The translations under genes were made by a program, and so were the position numbers. From Callorhinchus milii (taxonomy: Eukaryota), in assembly GCF_018977255.1 (NCBI RefSeq), contig NW_024704742.1, positions 56,980,001 to 57,044,000 of the forward strand: a stretch of 64,000 bases of DNA. The letters run 5' to 3'. The notes under the pieces were generated by a model. The model saw nothing but the letters and a program-made list of their open reading frames with translations, had not been told where the DNA came from and searched no databases. Below are positions 1 through 13,295 of the stretch, one piece after another; position 1 is the stretch's first letter, and the number at the start of each line of letters is the position of its first letter.

Positions 1-239
1 ACGTGATGGGCCGCATTTCCAAGATTCAACCTGTGAGAAATACGTGTCTCACACTGTGTTTGAAGACTAAGACTAACTTTGAGCATCAGAAGGCATTAAT
101 AAACCACTCAGCCATTGTATGAATTTAATCTATAGTGAGGACTTAAAAAGATCCATTAGAAGTTCAGCATCATTGACTGTTTAAATGTCTCTTTAATCCT
201 TTCTGTAGCTTTCTCCAATTACAGGACTGTTAGCATTTA

Positions 240-575
240 CAATAACAACTTGCACTTATATAGAGCCCTCCTCGCAGGATAGCATCTCAGAGCACTTAAC
301 AGTGGCGGAGCCTGACTCCTAAGCCGGGGGTGGGGGAGGGAGGTGGCTGAAAGCACGATTGAAGAGGAAGGTTTTCAGATGAAACTTGAAATAGGGGAGA
401 GAGGGACAAGGCAGAGGGATTGAGGGAGAGTGTTCCAGAGTTTCGAGACGTAGTGGCTGAAAGCGCAACCTCCCATGGTAGGGCGGAGGCTGCGAGGGAT
501 GAGCAGGAGGCCGTTGCCAGTTGAGCGGAGGTGCCGGGTGGTGGATTGGGGAGCTAGTGGAGCTTGGCCAGAACT
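240..575 (-). mobile_element. L2 3' end fragment
   Basis: LRSTGNGLLLIPR...KLWNTLPQSL; tail ACAACTTGCACTTATATAGAGC. Confidence 0.85.
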
Positions 576-1817
576 GGTGAGTTGTGGGTACGGAGTTTGG
601 TCCGTGTAAGTATGTGTATTACTTAAAAGTAAAAGTATTACATTTATATAGTGCCTTTCACATTCGAACGACATCTCAAAGCACTTCACAGAATTGGCTC
701 AGACCCCAAACTGGGGGTAGGGGGAGGAAAAGGGGAGGGGGTGAAAAAGGTGACCAAAAGCGTGGGGGAGAGGGGACAAAGTATTTAAGGTCTTTGTTAT
801 CCAAATTCAGACAATTTTTTATCAAAGAAAGATCTGAGTTACCATCAATCATCAGCTAACAGGTGACCTTTCTGCCAAGATTTGCTGCACAACTTTCATG
901 AGACATTTTCCGCAATAAAATGGAATTATTTCATCTAAATTCCATTGGAGCTCTAATGGAGGAGTGTAGGAATAAGAATGTGCAGAATCTACATAGCAAT
1001 GGATAGACTAATCATGCTCATCCACACTCCTCCTTCAATCTGCATGCTGGTTTACAGTAATAGGATTCAACAATGAGGGAAAAGAAACCTTACATCCATT
1101 TCCTTCACTCAGTAATATTGGAGTGGTTTAGGCAAGCACGTTCACTTAGCTTACAATAGCATCACTTCCAAAGCACACAGCAAAACAACACCCAATTTCA
1201 ATTCTCAATGCTATTCTGCCGGCCGGCATTCAAAGCTTCACCCAATTCCTCATGTTGCATTAATCCTTGGACACCACACCAACAGAACACCTTACTATTC
1301 CATAGGGCAGGCAAGTCCCTGTTGCCAATTTTCCATTTTCTTTCCGGCTTAAAGATAGTCAGCAGCTACCACAATGACGAAGCCCCTGATAAACGTCATA
1401 GTTACATAGAGTGATATGGCAGAGCCCAACTACTGTGTGCTGGTGTTTATAACTAAACACTGTGTCAGTCTTGAGCTAGAATTACAATCTTAAATATGAT
1501 GTTCTCTCATTTTCTAAAATGGATGGTAGTAAATGAGATAAGATTTGTGTTCAAGCATGCTTCCCACTGCACGACAACAGAACAGCAATGGCCACTGGTA
1601 ATTGCTGGCTGGGTTATCCCTGGTTCTTATCAACAACAGCTTGCATTTAAATAGCTCCCTATACTCAGGGTAGAGTCCCAAGCGACAACCTTATTGTGGA
1701 GAAAGAGGAATAAAATAGTCAATCTCACAATAAAATGTTTCACGTTTTATCTTCAATAAGGAACACCATAAGAAAAGTACAATGGTTGTATACTGCTGTG
1801 TTTATTGATAAACCCAC

Positions 1818-1949
1818 CTCGCTGCTGCTAATGGTGGCTTTCCACTGCCCCAGGTTCTCACACCACCAGTCTGTCCGGGTAATGTGCTGCTGGAGGTCAC
1901 TGTGCTCCTTTTCCATCGTGCAGATTTCATCCCTCAGTTTTGTAACAAT
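1818..1949 (-). CDS. SNX25: SNX25 exon preceding the PX domain (132 nt)
   Basis: gtttgtttcag|ATT GTT ACA...AGC GAG|gtgggt; IVTKLRDEICTMEKEHSDLQQHITRTDWWCENLGQWKATISSSE. Confidence 0.95.
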
Positions 1950-3049
1950 CTGAAACAAACCATTAATAACATTTATTGTTCAGTACTGTTCTTCACACAC
2001 GCTCTAGGGAGATCATAAAAATCATAGAATTATACAGCACAGAAGGAGGCCATTTGGCCCATTGTGTCTGTGCCGGCTCTTTGAAAAGAGCTATCCAATT
2101 CAATCCCACTCCCCCGCTCTCTCCCCATAGCCTTGCAAACTTGTCCTCCCCAAATAATTATCTATTTAGGGAGATAAAAAGGTTGCTCTAATTTCTGACT
2201 TTGCTTGAAGTCTACAGTTTAAGTTAAATCTCGGCCTCCCAACATGAAAGGCGCTATATCAAAGGCAAGGATTATTATTATATCATTCGTGATAGATTTT
2301 GTTTCTACCATTTCTGTTTTTCAGCATTTTAAAATTGTAGGTCGTGATCCCTCTCATTTTTTTTCTTTAATGTAAATGAGTCCACATACGTGGGTCTTCC
2401 TTACAGCTTTTCCATTAAGTCTGCATCTCAGTCACTCAGTTGTTATGATGACCGCTACTAAACTCTGGAGCGAACAATGATAGTGACAATCACTGCAAGT
2501 GTTTGCGATTCCCAAATAAAACACTTTAAATAATTATTTTCCTGCAACATTTTGTTTAGTTCCTCTGAAACTGAAACTCCCCTCCTTGAGCCACTCAGTC
2601 CCAGTCAGAGAAATCACAGAACAGATTGGTAACATGGGACCAGTGTGTGGTTTTGAAAGAAAGAATACTAGCTGGCATTCTGTTGCATAGTGCACAGTTC
2701 AACACCACTACATACAGGGTAGAGAACGAGCAACAAACAGCATAATACAGTATGTTCTAAATATGGAAGCAGTGAACTCAATTTTCTAGATCAAAACCAA
2801 AAAATTAAAACTTTTTTTCTTTGCAGTTATTTACTTCTTTGCAGTTACTTACAATTATTTTTAACTGTCTGTAAAGTAATGGTTTGGCCATTCGTAAAAT
2901 AATTCTCCATTTTCAAAACTCCACTGTTTGCCACAGTGGGCTTCAGCCAATCTCATTCAAGAAACTATCCATAGTTGCACAGAACAACAAAATAGACATT
3001 TCTGAAAAATCGCTAGACATTGGGATGTGAATTATTCAATTATGAAAAA

Positions 3050-3274
3050 CATAACAGTATTTCACAGATCTGTGACATATTGTAAATCATGCAGATTTCA
3101 TCCCTCAGTTTTGTAACAATCTGAAACAAACCATTAATAGCATTTATTGTTCAGTACTGTTCTTCACACACGCTCTAGGGAGATCATAAAAATCATAGAA
3201 TTATACAGCACAGAAGGAGGCCATTTGACCCATTGTCATAACAGTATTTCACAGATCTGTGACATATTGTAAAT
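3050..3274. repeat. Local duplication of 1917-2065 (at 3088-3236) flanked by 38-bp direct repeats
   Basis: 146/149 identity by eye; CATAACAGTATTTCACAGATCTGTGACATATTGTAAAT at 3050-3087 and 3237-3274. Confidence 0.95.
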
Positions 3275-3551
3275 TGTTCACGAAAAAAATTCATGCTTTG
3301 GCAGAAATCAAAAGTAAAGCTCTGGAAAATTATATTTTGTATTGAAACAATGAATCCTCCAGGCAAAGCTTATCCAAAAGAAAACAAAAGTCATAGATGT
3401 AATCCGTGAGAATATTACACAAGCACAGATCAGTTTATACAGTCTAGGAATATATTGAAAAGAATGGATTCCTTCCAAAGCATAACATATTGAACACTTC
3501 AAACACACTACTGCCACCAGGCAGCCATTACTCCAGGAGCCTGAATTATAC

Positions 3552-3716
3552 CTTCTTGTCAGGTTTTGGTGAATTCTGTATCGAGCCCAGAGCTTGTCTC
3601 TTGTATTCAAGTTTCTCATTTAACTGCCGTAGTTTGTTTACAGCGTAGCTGGCCTGCTCATTGATGCCACTGCTCCCCTCGTCCATCACCTCTTCGCCAC
3701 TTTCACACACCTGATT
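3552..3716 (-). CDS. SNX25: SNX25 exon, coiled-coil linker (165 nt)
   Basis: gtcttccag|AAT CAG GTG...AAG AAG|gtataa; NQVCESGEEVMDEGSSGINEQASYAVNKLRQLNEKLEYKRQALGSIQNSPKPDKK. Confidence 0.94.
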
Positions 3717-3749
3717 CTGGAAGACAAGAGACACAAGATGCTTAAATAA

Positions 3750-4005
3750 TTGGTGTGATGGGGGTACAGAGTTCAGTGAGGGCGAGAATACATGCAGTGG
3801 AGTTCTGAATCATTTGTGGGTAGTGGAGCTGGAGAGACCGGAGAGGAGGGCATTGGAGTAGTCGAGGCAGGAGGTAACAAAGTTGTGGACGAGGGTTTAG
3901 GCTGCGTTGGAGGTGAGGTATGGTCGGAGGCGGGCAATGTGACAGAGGTGGGCAATCTGACAGAGGTGGTGGAAAGCGGTTTTGGATGTGGGGGAGGAAC
4001 AAACC
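3750..4005 (-). mobile_element. Degenerate L2 internal fragment next to the exon 3552-3716 acceptor
   Basis: IARLRPYLT...FVTSCLDY...IQNSTACIL...PITP across frameshifts. Confidence 0.8.
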
Positions 4006-4397
4006 AGGAACACAGCAATATATAGGAGCGAAAAAGTAACATTCAACATCAGAATTATCACTTTATCGGGCGTTCCATCCCTGGTAATGATAGGTGGTCT
4101 TGGATTTTTGGGGGATCAGCTGGGCATGTGTAAACACCCATCACCTTCTCAACAGTTCTAAACCAAACAGAGTTCCATCCATCCCACTAAGACATGGAAA
4201 TTTTTCCATCTTGGATAAAGAATGATCTTTCTCCCTAATTTCGGCAAGTTTACTGGCCACAGAGTCATAGTCAACACTGTCATTCTTAACCATGTGTCCA
4301 ATGCCCCATTTATAATTTGACTGTCTCCAGAGAAGCACCAAGTGCAACCTCTCTGCTCAATCAACCCCAGCCTCAATGTTGGAGATGAGAGATGGCA

Positions 4398-4825
4398 ACA
4401 CAACAACAACAGTTCGCATTTATATAGTGCCCTCACGCAGGGTAGCATTCCAGAGCGCTTGACAGTGGCGGAGCATGACTCCGAGTTGGGAGGAGGGAGA
4501 GGTGACCGTAGGCGCAGTCAAAGATGAAGGTCTTCAAGCGTGACGTGAAAATGGGGAAGAAAGGGGCAAGGCGGAAGCCTGGAAGAAGAGTTTTCTAGAG
4601 GTTTGGGGCGCAGTGGCTGAAAGTGCAGCCACCAATGGTGGAATGGAGGGCACGAGGGATGCAGCCAGTCGAGCGGAGGCAGCAGGTTGTGGGTTAGCAG
4701 GTAGGAGAGGTAGGGAGGTGCCAGAGCATGAAAGGATTTGAAAACAAGTGTGAGGATCTTGAAATCAATCCATTCAGCGATAGGGAGCCAGTGGAGGCAA
4801 GCTAGAACTGGTGTTATGGGGGGAC
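4398..4825 (-). mobile_element. L2 3' end fragment
   Basis: (CAA)n tail plus GCATTTATATAGTGCCC; LHWLP region. Confidence 0.85.
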
Positions 4826-5234
4826 GGAGTTGAGTATTACCTCATTACTTTGTTGGTTTGTAGAATTACTAAACTTGCCAGTGTCAGGTTAGCATCAGTG
4901 CCATTAATAACGCACATTCCCAATTTACCAACCAGCAGAGGATGCACCCCCACACCCCTCCTGAGTGTCCTGATACTCCGATTTGTGCAAACACTTAATT
5001 TCTATCATATTATATGCAGTTCTGTCTGCATGTTTTAGGCCATTCTATTTTATCGATTGTGTTACAATAAGCAGGTTAGCCATGCCAAGAAAAAAGCATA
5101 GAATGCAGGCTTGCCCCTTCGAATAGTCAGTGGATGAGTTCCAATTCCCAACCTGATCATCAGGAAGATGTCCAGGGGAGAGGAGACCTCTCCAGTAGAA
5201 ATAGCCTGCAGAAGCAGAATCAATAGAAATGTTT

Positions 5235-5390
5235 TAAGAGATAGGCAGATATTTGGATAGCAAAGGTATTAAAGTGTATGGCGAAAAGGTGTGGCACAAG
5301 GATTAAAATATCCACCAAGATCTAATAAACTGGTAGAACAGGCTGGATGGGCTGAATGATCTCTTGCTGTTCCTGTTTGCCTATGTTTAT
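5235..5390 (+). mobile_element. CR1-clade LINE 3' end remnant
   Basis: ...GGCTGGATGGGCTGAATGATCTCTTGCTGTTCCT resembles CR1 3' UTRs. Similar remnants at ~15625-15900, ~30430-30920, ~38880-39360 and ~55620-56160. Confidence 0.55.
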
Positions 5391-6647
5391 AGCAAGAGAA
5401 AGGCCAGTTAAGATAGTGTTAATAGCAGAGTGCTAAAAAGGCAGGGGAGAAAATAAATTGGAAAAACTATTTGGTTTTCAAACATTTGGAATAAAGGAAA
5501 TGGTTACTTAATGAGTCCCAAAAAGTATTAAAGGAAATGGGATATTACTTGACTATAATCCTTTGATTTATCAGAATGCAGTGCAGCATATTAAAGGCCT
5601 GAAATTTACACAGACTAAGTCTGTTACCACCATTTTATCATAAAAATGAAGGTGACCTAAATTAACCTGGTTCGATTTAAAATTTTAAGACAAATAGATC
5701 ATTCCTGTTAAGAATAAATTGGAATTTCAGACCTCAAATCTATAAGTAAGCAAGTGGACAGGTGAGAGAGATGGTGTGATGTAGAAATAGTTGAAGTTAA
5801 AGGTCAAGGTAAACTGTATAAAAGGTGCAGGAAAAGAGCAAGAATTCTACTGAAATTTTACACATGCGGCTTACAACAGCCTCTGCATTTATTATAATAA
5901 TAATCCTTGCTTTTGGTGTAGTGTCTTACACATCAGGAGGATGTCCCAAAGCGTTTCACAGGATTTATTGGGAGTCACTGTGTACGTGTGGGCAAATGCG
6001 GCAGCTAATTTGTCCACAGCAATATCCCACTAATAGCCAAGAAACAAATGACCAATTTTATTTGTGCGATTTGTTGGCCAGGATACTGGGAGAAACTCCC
6101 TTCTCTTTTAGAATAGCGTCACAGGATTTTTAATGTCCACCTAAACAGGCAGACAGAGCCTCAGTTTAACCTCTCATTCAAAGCAAGGTAGCATCCACAA
6201 TGCAGGACTCATCCAATAGTGCATTGAACTATCAGCTTGAACCCACAATCTTCTGATTCAGAGGCGAGAGTGCTACCACTGAGCCAGAAGATGTTGGTAG
6301 AGTCTGGTACACCCTTTTGTGGTGGTTTAGGCTGAGGACTATTTAAGGATTTGCACATGCTCAGTCGGGTATTTCTGATTGGAAGTGAGGTGGTAGCCCC
6401 TCATGCTTGTTTTGACTGAGATAAAACAAACTTTATAATTTGTGTTAGGTGTGTAGATTATATTATAAATAGGGTCCCTAGCGAGAACTCTTCTCTTACT
6501 TGGAAGCAATGTTATAAGGCAAAGGACGGAATTTCAGCCGCTTTTGAAACCTTACACCCAGAACTCTAGCTTTATGACCTTAACTAGAATCCTGAACTAC
6601 ATCCGATTTTATGTCGGACATTCGACATCTACAAAACTGGGTCTTAC

Positions 6648-6923
6648 CACATCATCTCTGCTGTCAGGGCTGGATTGTAAAGTGCTTTTCTCCTCTTCTT
6701 TTTTAATAAGTCTTTCATACAAGTCGCTTACAAGGAACGATGGGTAATACCGGTCCTTTAGAGTTTCATAAACATCACTTTGAATCTTGTTGAAGACGTC
6801 CGTTCCTTTGTTACCCACGAGGCTTTGCTGAATTTCTTTATAAAGTGCCTTCTCCACAGGAATTTCTCGGCTTTCCACAAAATAATTCTGGTAGATTTCA
6901 CCGACCAGTTGAGGTATTTCGGT
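6648..6923 (-). CDS. SNX25: SNX25 exon, RGS domain (276 nt)
   Basis: gaccctag|ACC GAA ATA...GAT GTG|gtaaga; TEIPQLVGEIYQNYFVESREIPVEKALYKEIQQSLVGNKGTDVFNKIQSDVYETLKDRYYPSFLVSDLYERL...DSRDDV. Confidence 0.95.
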
Positions 6924-7631
6924 CTAGGGTCAGAAGACAAAAATGTTATGCATCAGCAACCGTGTAGCACAGCACACTGTTAGCCTCCTCTGAACTATTT
7001 TCCCATTGCTCTTCTAGCTCACGATTGGAGTGTGGCTCCACAGATGCCATTACCCCCTTCAACAGTAGCTTTCGCACATAGCTATTCTTCACATATGAGC
7101 TAAGACATTGAATAACACCATTTTTGTTGACTGCTTTGAGGGCATCACAATGGATTCTGATCCTTACCCAAGCATTACTTTCTAGATGGGATTAGTTAAC
7201 AGTCAGAGACAAAAACCCTGTCTTATTCTTTCCAACCTTCTTAATCTGTATACGTCGAGTCCAAAAGTTACAAATCTACCATAGTTTGAGAGCTGCTAAA
7301 TCAGCAGAAAACAAGATTCAGACCAGACAGAAAATAAGGAGGCAAGGATGTGGGGGGGGTGGGGGGGGAAAGCGACGTGATAGATCCACTTAATAACAAA
7401 GGATACCTGCAATGTCAGTGAGACATGGGTACAAACCTTTCAAATACATAAGAAAGTGATATACTATTTTTGAACATCCATTCAGAATTTTTAATACAGA
7501 AGGCTTGTGACAAATCTATGGTTTCTGGGGTATAAATAGCACCTCAGAAACCACAGATTTGTCTCTTTAATAAAAAAACTCATAAGATCAGAGCTATGAA
7601 TTGATTCACTGAAGCCAACATATCATTTTAC

Positions 7632-7763
7632 CTTGTTTGCATTTTTCAAGTATTCAACTGACTCCCAGAAGCTTATGAGAGCCCTCTTGTCCACCCTTTC
7701 CATGTACACACGGAAATGTTCCCTGTAGGATGGATTTGACAAGATCTCTTCAAGCTGAAGAAT
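7632..7763 (-). CDS. SNX25: SNX25 exon, RGS domain start (132 nt); not in the ORF track
   Basis: ctactgcag|ATT CTT CAG...AAC AAG|gtaaaa; ILQLEEILSNPSYREHFRVYMERVDKRALISFWESVEYLKNANK. Confidence 0.95.
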
Positions 7764-9194
7764 CTGCAGTAGAACACATTACACAAGATCAATCAGCAAC
7801 TTATTACAACTCATACAATACAAAACTACATTACGTCCCAAGGCACTGGATAGTCAGAGATTTGGATCTGAGCAAGGGGTGGGGGGGTGTCAGGGGGGTC
7901 AGGGAGGGTGGAGGGCGGAGGGCAGTGAGGATAGTATATTGTATCAATGATAATCCTTGCATTTGATATAGCGCCTTTTCACGTCTTTGAGGCGTCTCAA
8001 ATACTGTAAAGTGGGCAAAACATACTGGGCGAAATGTGGCAGCCAATAGCGCACAGCAGTGTTCCACAAACAATCGTGGATTGAGTGACCAAATTATTTT
8101 TTTTTTTGAAAGAATTATTACCCCCGGAAAAGCGATCCACCAATCAACTAACAAACGGGTTACTACTGTGAATGCGCCCCTGAATATTTTTTTCTACAGC
8201 AAAGATATACATGCCAGTCCATTTCTATTCTCAACAAAAAATGGCCCATTTAGTAGTGCTCTCATCTATAGGTCAGGAGGCTATGGGCTCACACTCCAGT
8301 TCAGTGCTGATGGTGCACTGTGAGATGCATCACCTTTTGGATGAGAGATTAAACTGGGGTCATGTCAGTACAATACTGAAGGATAATTATGTTGTCTGAT
8401 GGCCATCCTTCAGAAAGATGTTAACCCAGGGTCCCATTTACCATTATAGGTAGATGTTAAAAGCACCGTTGCATTGTTTGAAAAGAGAAGGGTGTCTGAT
8501 TCGGCTAACAAAAATTTCACATAAAATTGGTCAATCACTACCCGGGTGATAATGGAAGTTCCTGGTGCATAAACTGGCACCTCCAACAATACAGCATGCC
8601 TTCAAATACAGCCACTACCATCTGTGTAGAACTTAGAGATTTTTTTTAAAGTTATAAGCACTTTATCTACTGCAAGGATTATTATTAATATCTCCTCTAG
8701 TTTAAACCGATAGACTGTACCGCATTTCAATCTGCTTAGAAATACTATACTACAATGAAAGACCAATTTTCACATTAATTTGATTGCTTGTTTAGTTAGT
8801 GGCAGTCTCCTAACCGGGTCAGAGGTCATGGATTCAAGCCCAGCCTAAAGATTTGAAGTCAAATTTCAGGCTGACACACCAATATAGTACTGGGGAGTGC
8901 TATATTGTTGGAGGTGCTATCTTTTGAATGACAAATTAAAGGTACAATCTGTCTAGTTCATGCAGACGTTAAAGATCGCAAGACTTTATCCCATGCCTCA
9001 GATTTTTCTCATTCTATGGGCCTACAATCCTACAGGGAAATCAGTCATTCATCTCATGGCCGTTTGTGGGTCCTTACTCGCGCAAATGCCTCCCGCATTT
9101 GTAGGAAGTGAAACTAAACAGATCATGTTTTTTCAAAGAGTCGAGACTTCTGTGCTGAAAATTCTAAGAGTCAAAATTGTTAGTAATTGTTTAT

Positions 9195-9467
9195 CTTGGG
9201 TTCAATTCCAGGCAGGGTGAAACCTTGGGCAAGTTTCCTTACTCCACATGCCTAATAATAATCCCTCCAAAAAACAAAACAAAAAAAAATAATAAATTGG
9301 TCATTTCAATCCACGACTGTTTGTGGGACACTGCTGTGCGCAATTGGCTGCCGTGTTTTGCCCACAAATATACGGTCAGTTCACTTTACAGTCTATTCTG
9401 TGAAGCGCTTTGAAACGTTGCGAAGACGTGAAAAGCGTAATATAAAATGCAAGGATTATTATTATTA
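9195..9467 (+). mobile_element. 5'-truncated young tRNA/Deu SINE
   Basis: GGGTTCAATTCCAGGCAGGGTGAAACCTTGGGCAAG...(TTA)n. Confidence 0.88.
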
Positions 9468-10214
9468 TCTTAATTAGCACAAAGAATATGTAAATCAAAA
9501 CCTGCAAATTTCTTCCTTTTCTTAATTAACGACACACTGAGGACTTATCTACCCTGATCATCTTGTGTCAGGTCTCCAATAAGTCAAAACCTGGGATTTT
9601 AAGTTGGAAATTAAGTTGGTTTTCTTTACTAGAATGAGGTCAGCTGACCAGAGGAAGCCGACTGTAGGGGAAGGGGAAGGTGAGAACATTGCACAGAACA
9701 CAGGTGAATGCTTAAGAATGACATTAATTCAAGAATTAGTAAGACATGTGTGAATATTCCTTAAACTGTGTTAACACAAAACTGATTAACACAAGGATTG
9801 GGTTAAAGAATAATACAAATTTTGCCCCTATCATTCAATAACATATTTCCGGATCTCAACACAACAGTTTAATTTAAAAGCTAAATAATCAAAGTCCATC
9901 TCAAGACGTAACTCTTTGACCATGCTTTCGGTCATCTTTCTCTTCCCCCTTTGGGCCTAGCAGCAGCTCAGGTGCCCAGCCAGCAGTGTCAAGCGCTTTG
10001 AGATGACCTCCCAATGTGAAACCCATATAAATGTAAATTGTATTGCAATATATCAGCTACCGAGGAAACAGGTCAAAGAGGAGGATTTTGAGATGGGTCT
10101 TGTAGGAGGCAAGGGAGGGGTGAGGCGGAGATGGAGTTCCAGAGGATGGGGCAGAGTGGCGGAAGGCCTGCCAGCCAATAGTGTGGCAAGCGAGGCGGGA
10201 GACGTGAAGCAGGC

Positions 10215-10525
10215 CAGATAGTTGAGGATGAAACAAAGGTCCCGGACCTGCTTAGTAAGGTAAAGTGTGCAACCATGGATGGTGATGCTGCCAGCACCTG
10301 AGGTGAGGAGGCGCTGACGGGAGACAATCAGGAGAGCCTCGGTCTTGTTGATGTTCAACTGAAGAAAGTTAGCTCTCATCCAGGACTTGATGTCTGACAT
10401 TCTGTCAGGACAGCAGTGGTCCTGAAGTCAAAGGTGAAGGGCGAGAGGTAGAGTTGAGTGTCAGACGCATACATGTGGAAGTTGACCCCATGTCTGCGGA
10501 TGATGTCACCAAGAGGGAGCATATA
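10215..10525 (-). mobile_element. Degenerate L2 fragment
   Basis: [23 protein letters not shown]. Confidence 0.85.
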
Positions 10526-11974
10526 GAATCATAGGGGCAGATAAATTGCTCATTTACTTCATGGCTGTCTGTGGGACATTGCTGTGTGCAAATTTGTTTC
10601 CCTGCCGACCTACAAATACACAGTCACTATATTGGACAACAATTCTTTGTGAAGCGTTGGAGACATTTCAATGTTACCGTCACCTATATCAAATGCAGAT
10701 CAACTCTAGCAAGCCTCTTCACAACTTTTTCTCATGTCCAAATCACTTATATACAAGGAGAACAATTGGGCTCCCAGTGCAGGCCTCCTCCTCCCAGGCC
10801 ACGTCATTTGCTACATCTTGGCACTTCTGGAAACATCCATTTACTCCCACTCTTTGTTTCACATCCTTTAGCCCAACCCTGGAGCTACGGTGTCATTTTG
10901 CCTTTAATAGAATGGACATTATGTGCAAGAGTAATTTTTTTTATTTCTTCCAGCAGATTTCCTCTAATAGTCTTCTCATTCCACCTCCTCTCCTGAAGTT
11001 GTTTCTGACTCATTTTTCCATCTGCAGGTGTACAGTTTTACAGGAGCCTTTTTTGACTCCTCTAGATAGCCATTATTCATCTGTGAGCTTGACACGAGCA
11101 GGCTATTAAACAGTGGAACGGGGTGGGTGGGGCAAACTAAACTCTAGCATATCCACACTTAACTCATCGGCGTCCCAGTGGAGTCTCTGGATAGCATTTG
11201 GAACTGGATGATTTTCCTCTACTAATCCAAGGCACCAAGGCTACATGTAATGGTTTATCACTCATTGATCTGACTGATAATAATATAATCCTTGAATTTG
11301 ATATAGCGCCTTATTATGTCTTTGAGACGTCTCAAACCGCTTGAAAAAAAACTGTCAAGTGAATTGACTGTATATTTTGTGGGCGAACGCGGCAGCCAAT
11401 TGCGCACAGCAGTGTCTCACAAATTATCACTTTTTTAAAAAAAAACCTTGAAGGGTTATCGCCGAAAAAACGATCTGTCAATCAACTAACAATCGGGTTC
11501 ATGCTTACTGCTAACTCAGGATAGTCCATGATTCAAATCTGTCAATTCCTGGTCTAATAATTCATTGAGTGTTGAATTTACCCAATGGAAAAGGAAACTA
11601 AGAATAACTATTTCAAACAGTTTTTGAAAGTCCACAAGTAGAAATATCCGCTGTGTTCTCCTTAGCTACTTTTTTTTAAGTAACCTACTCCAAAAAGTTC
11701 TACAACCCAATTATATCCAGCTCATTTTCATTTCCTGCTCCCATTTTCCTTGGGTATATGGGCTAATGGGAACAACCTAAATATATGAAGATTTTTAAAA
11801 ATGTCCATTGAAATCCTCCAGCTCTCTCTTTGTTTACATCACCAGACCTGCATAGACTACTTTTATCTCCTTTTTTCCCTGGCCCTAAACTTCTCCACAC
11901 CACCCCCTCCTTCTGCCACAACCCTTACCACTCCCTCTCCCTACACTCCTTTGCCCCGATTACTCCCCTTACAA

Positions 11975-13295
11975 TTTACTGTCCCATTTCCAACCTGCCC
12001 TTCCTTGCCAAAGTTTTGGAACGTGTGGTTGCGAACCAGCTTTGCCCACCTTCCACAAGCCTCTCCATTCTAGTTTCCACCCTGCCCACAGCACAGAGGC
12101 AGCATCTGTCAAAGTCACAAACAACGTCCTCTCTCTCTGTGACCAGGGTTCCCTCTGCCTCCTCGTCCTCTTGGACACAGTCGACCACGCCATCTTCATC
12201 CACTGCCTTTCCTCCCTCATCCACCTCAGTGGACTGGCTCGAGTCCTACCTAACAAACTGCCTTCACTTTATCTCCTCAAATGGTTTCTCCTCCTTTCCA
12301 ATCAACTGTGGTGTATTCCAGGGCTCCATCCTTGGCCCCCTCCTCTTCCTCATCTGTATGGTCCCTCTTGGCAATGTCATCCACAGACACGTGGTCAACT
12401 TCCACATGTATGCAGATGACACACAAATTTACTTCTTCTTTCCAGTTGCAACTCCAAGTTCGTCGATGTTCTGTTGGCTTCTTTGGCCTGGATGAATGCA
12501 AACTTCTTGCAACTAAATGTTGACAAGATGGAAGCCATAGTCCTTGGCTCCCATCAATGTCTTCTGTCCTGGGGCTCTGACCTCTTCAATGTCCCCGGCC
12601 TATTCTTCAGACTCAATGAACAGGGGCGCAACCTAATCGTCAGGTTCAACCCACAGCTTACCCCACAACCAGTCCCTGACCAAGACGCCTTCCTCCACCT
12701 CCGCCACATTGCCCGCCTCAAACTGTACTTTACCCCAAATGCAGCCAAAACACTCATTCATGCATTTGTCACTTCCTGACTCGACTTTTCAAATGCCCTC
12801 TTTGCCAGTCTCCCCAGCTTGCCATCCACAAGATCCAGCTGATCCCAAACTCCACCATTTGTATACTCACTCGTATTGAACTCTGTACACCCATCACACC
12901 AGTTCTAGCCACGCTCCATTGGCTCCCTATCACCGAACAGATCAATTTCAAAATCATCACACTTGTTTTCAAATCCCTTCATGCTCTGGCACCTCCCTAC
13001 CTCTCCAAACTTACCACCCAGCCCACTACCCGCTGCCTCCATTTGACTAGCACCAGCCTCCTGCATGTCCCTCATTCCTTGCGTTCTACCATCGGTGGAC
13101 ACACTTTTAGCCACTACCGAAACTCTGGAAGACTCTTCCTCTATCCCTCCACCTTGCCCCTTCCTTCCCCATCTTCAGATCATGTCTGAAGACCTTCCTC
13201 TTCGACCGTGCCTAAGATCACCTCCTGCCTCCTCGGTATAGTGCTCTGCGACGCTCAAGCTCTCTGAGGGGCACTATATAAATGCATGTTGTTGT
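11975..13295 (+). mobile_element. Older degenerate L2 LINE, 3' half
   Basis: [25 protein letters not shown] and YADDTQIY; tail ...GCACTATATAAATGCATGTTGTTG. Confidence 0.92.

Noticed and set aside
3773..4042. Pro/Ser/Thr-rich ORF just upstream of an SNX25 exon, a possible extra exon
   Set aside because: It is an off-frame reading of a degenerate L2 fragment (IARLRPYL, TSCLDY, IQNS motifs)
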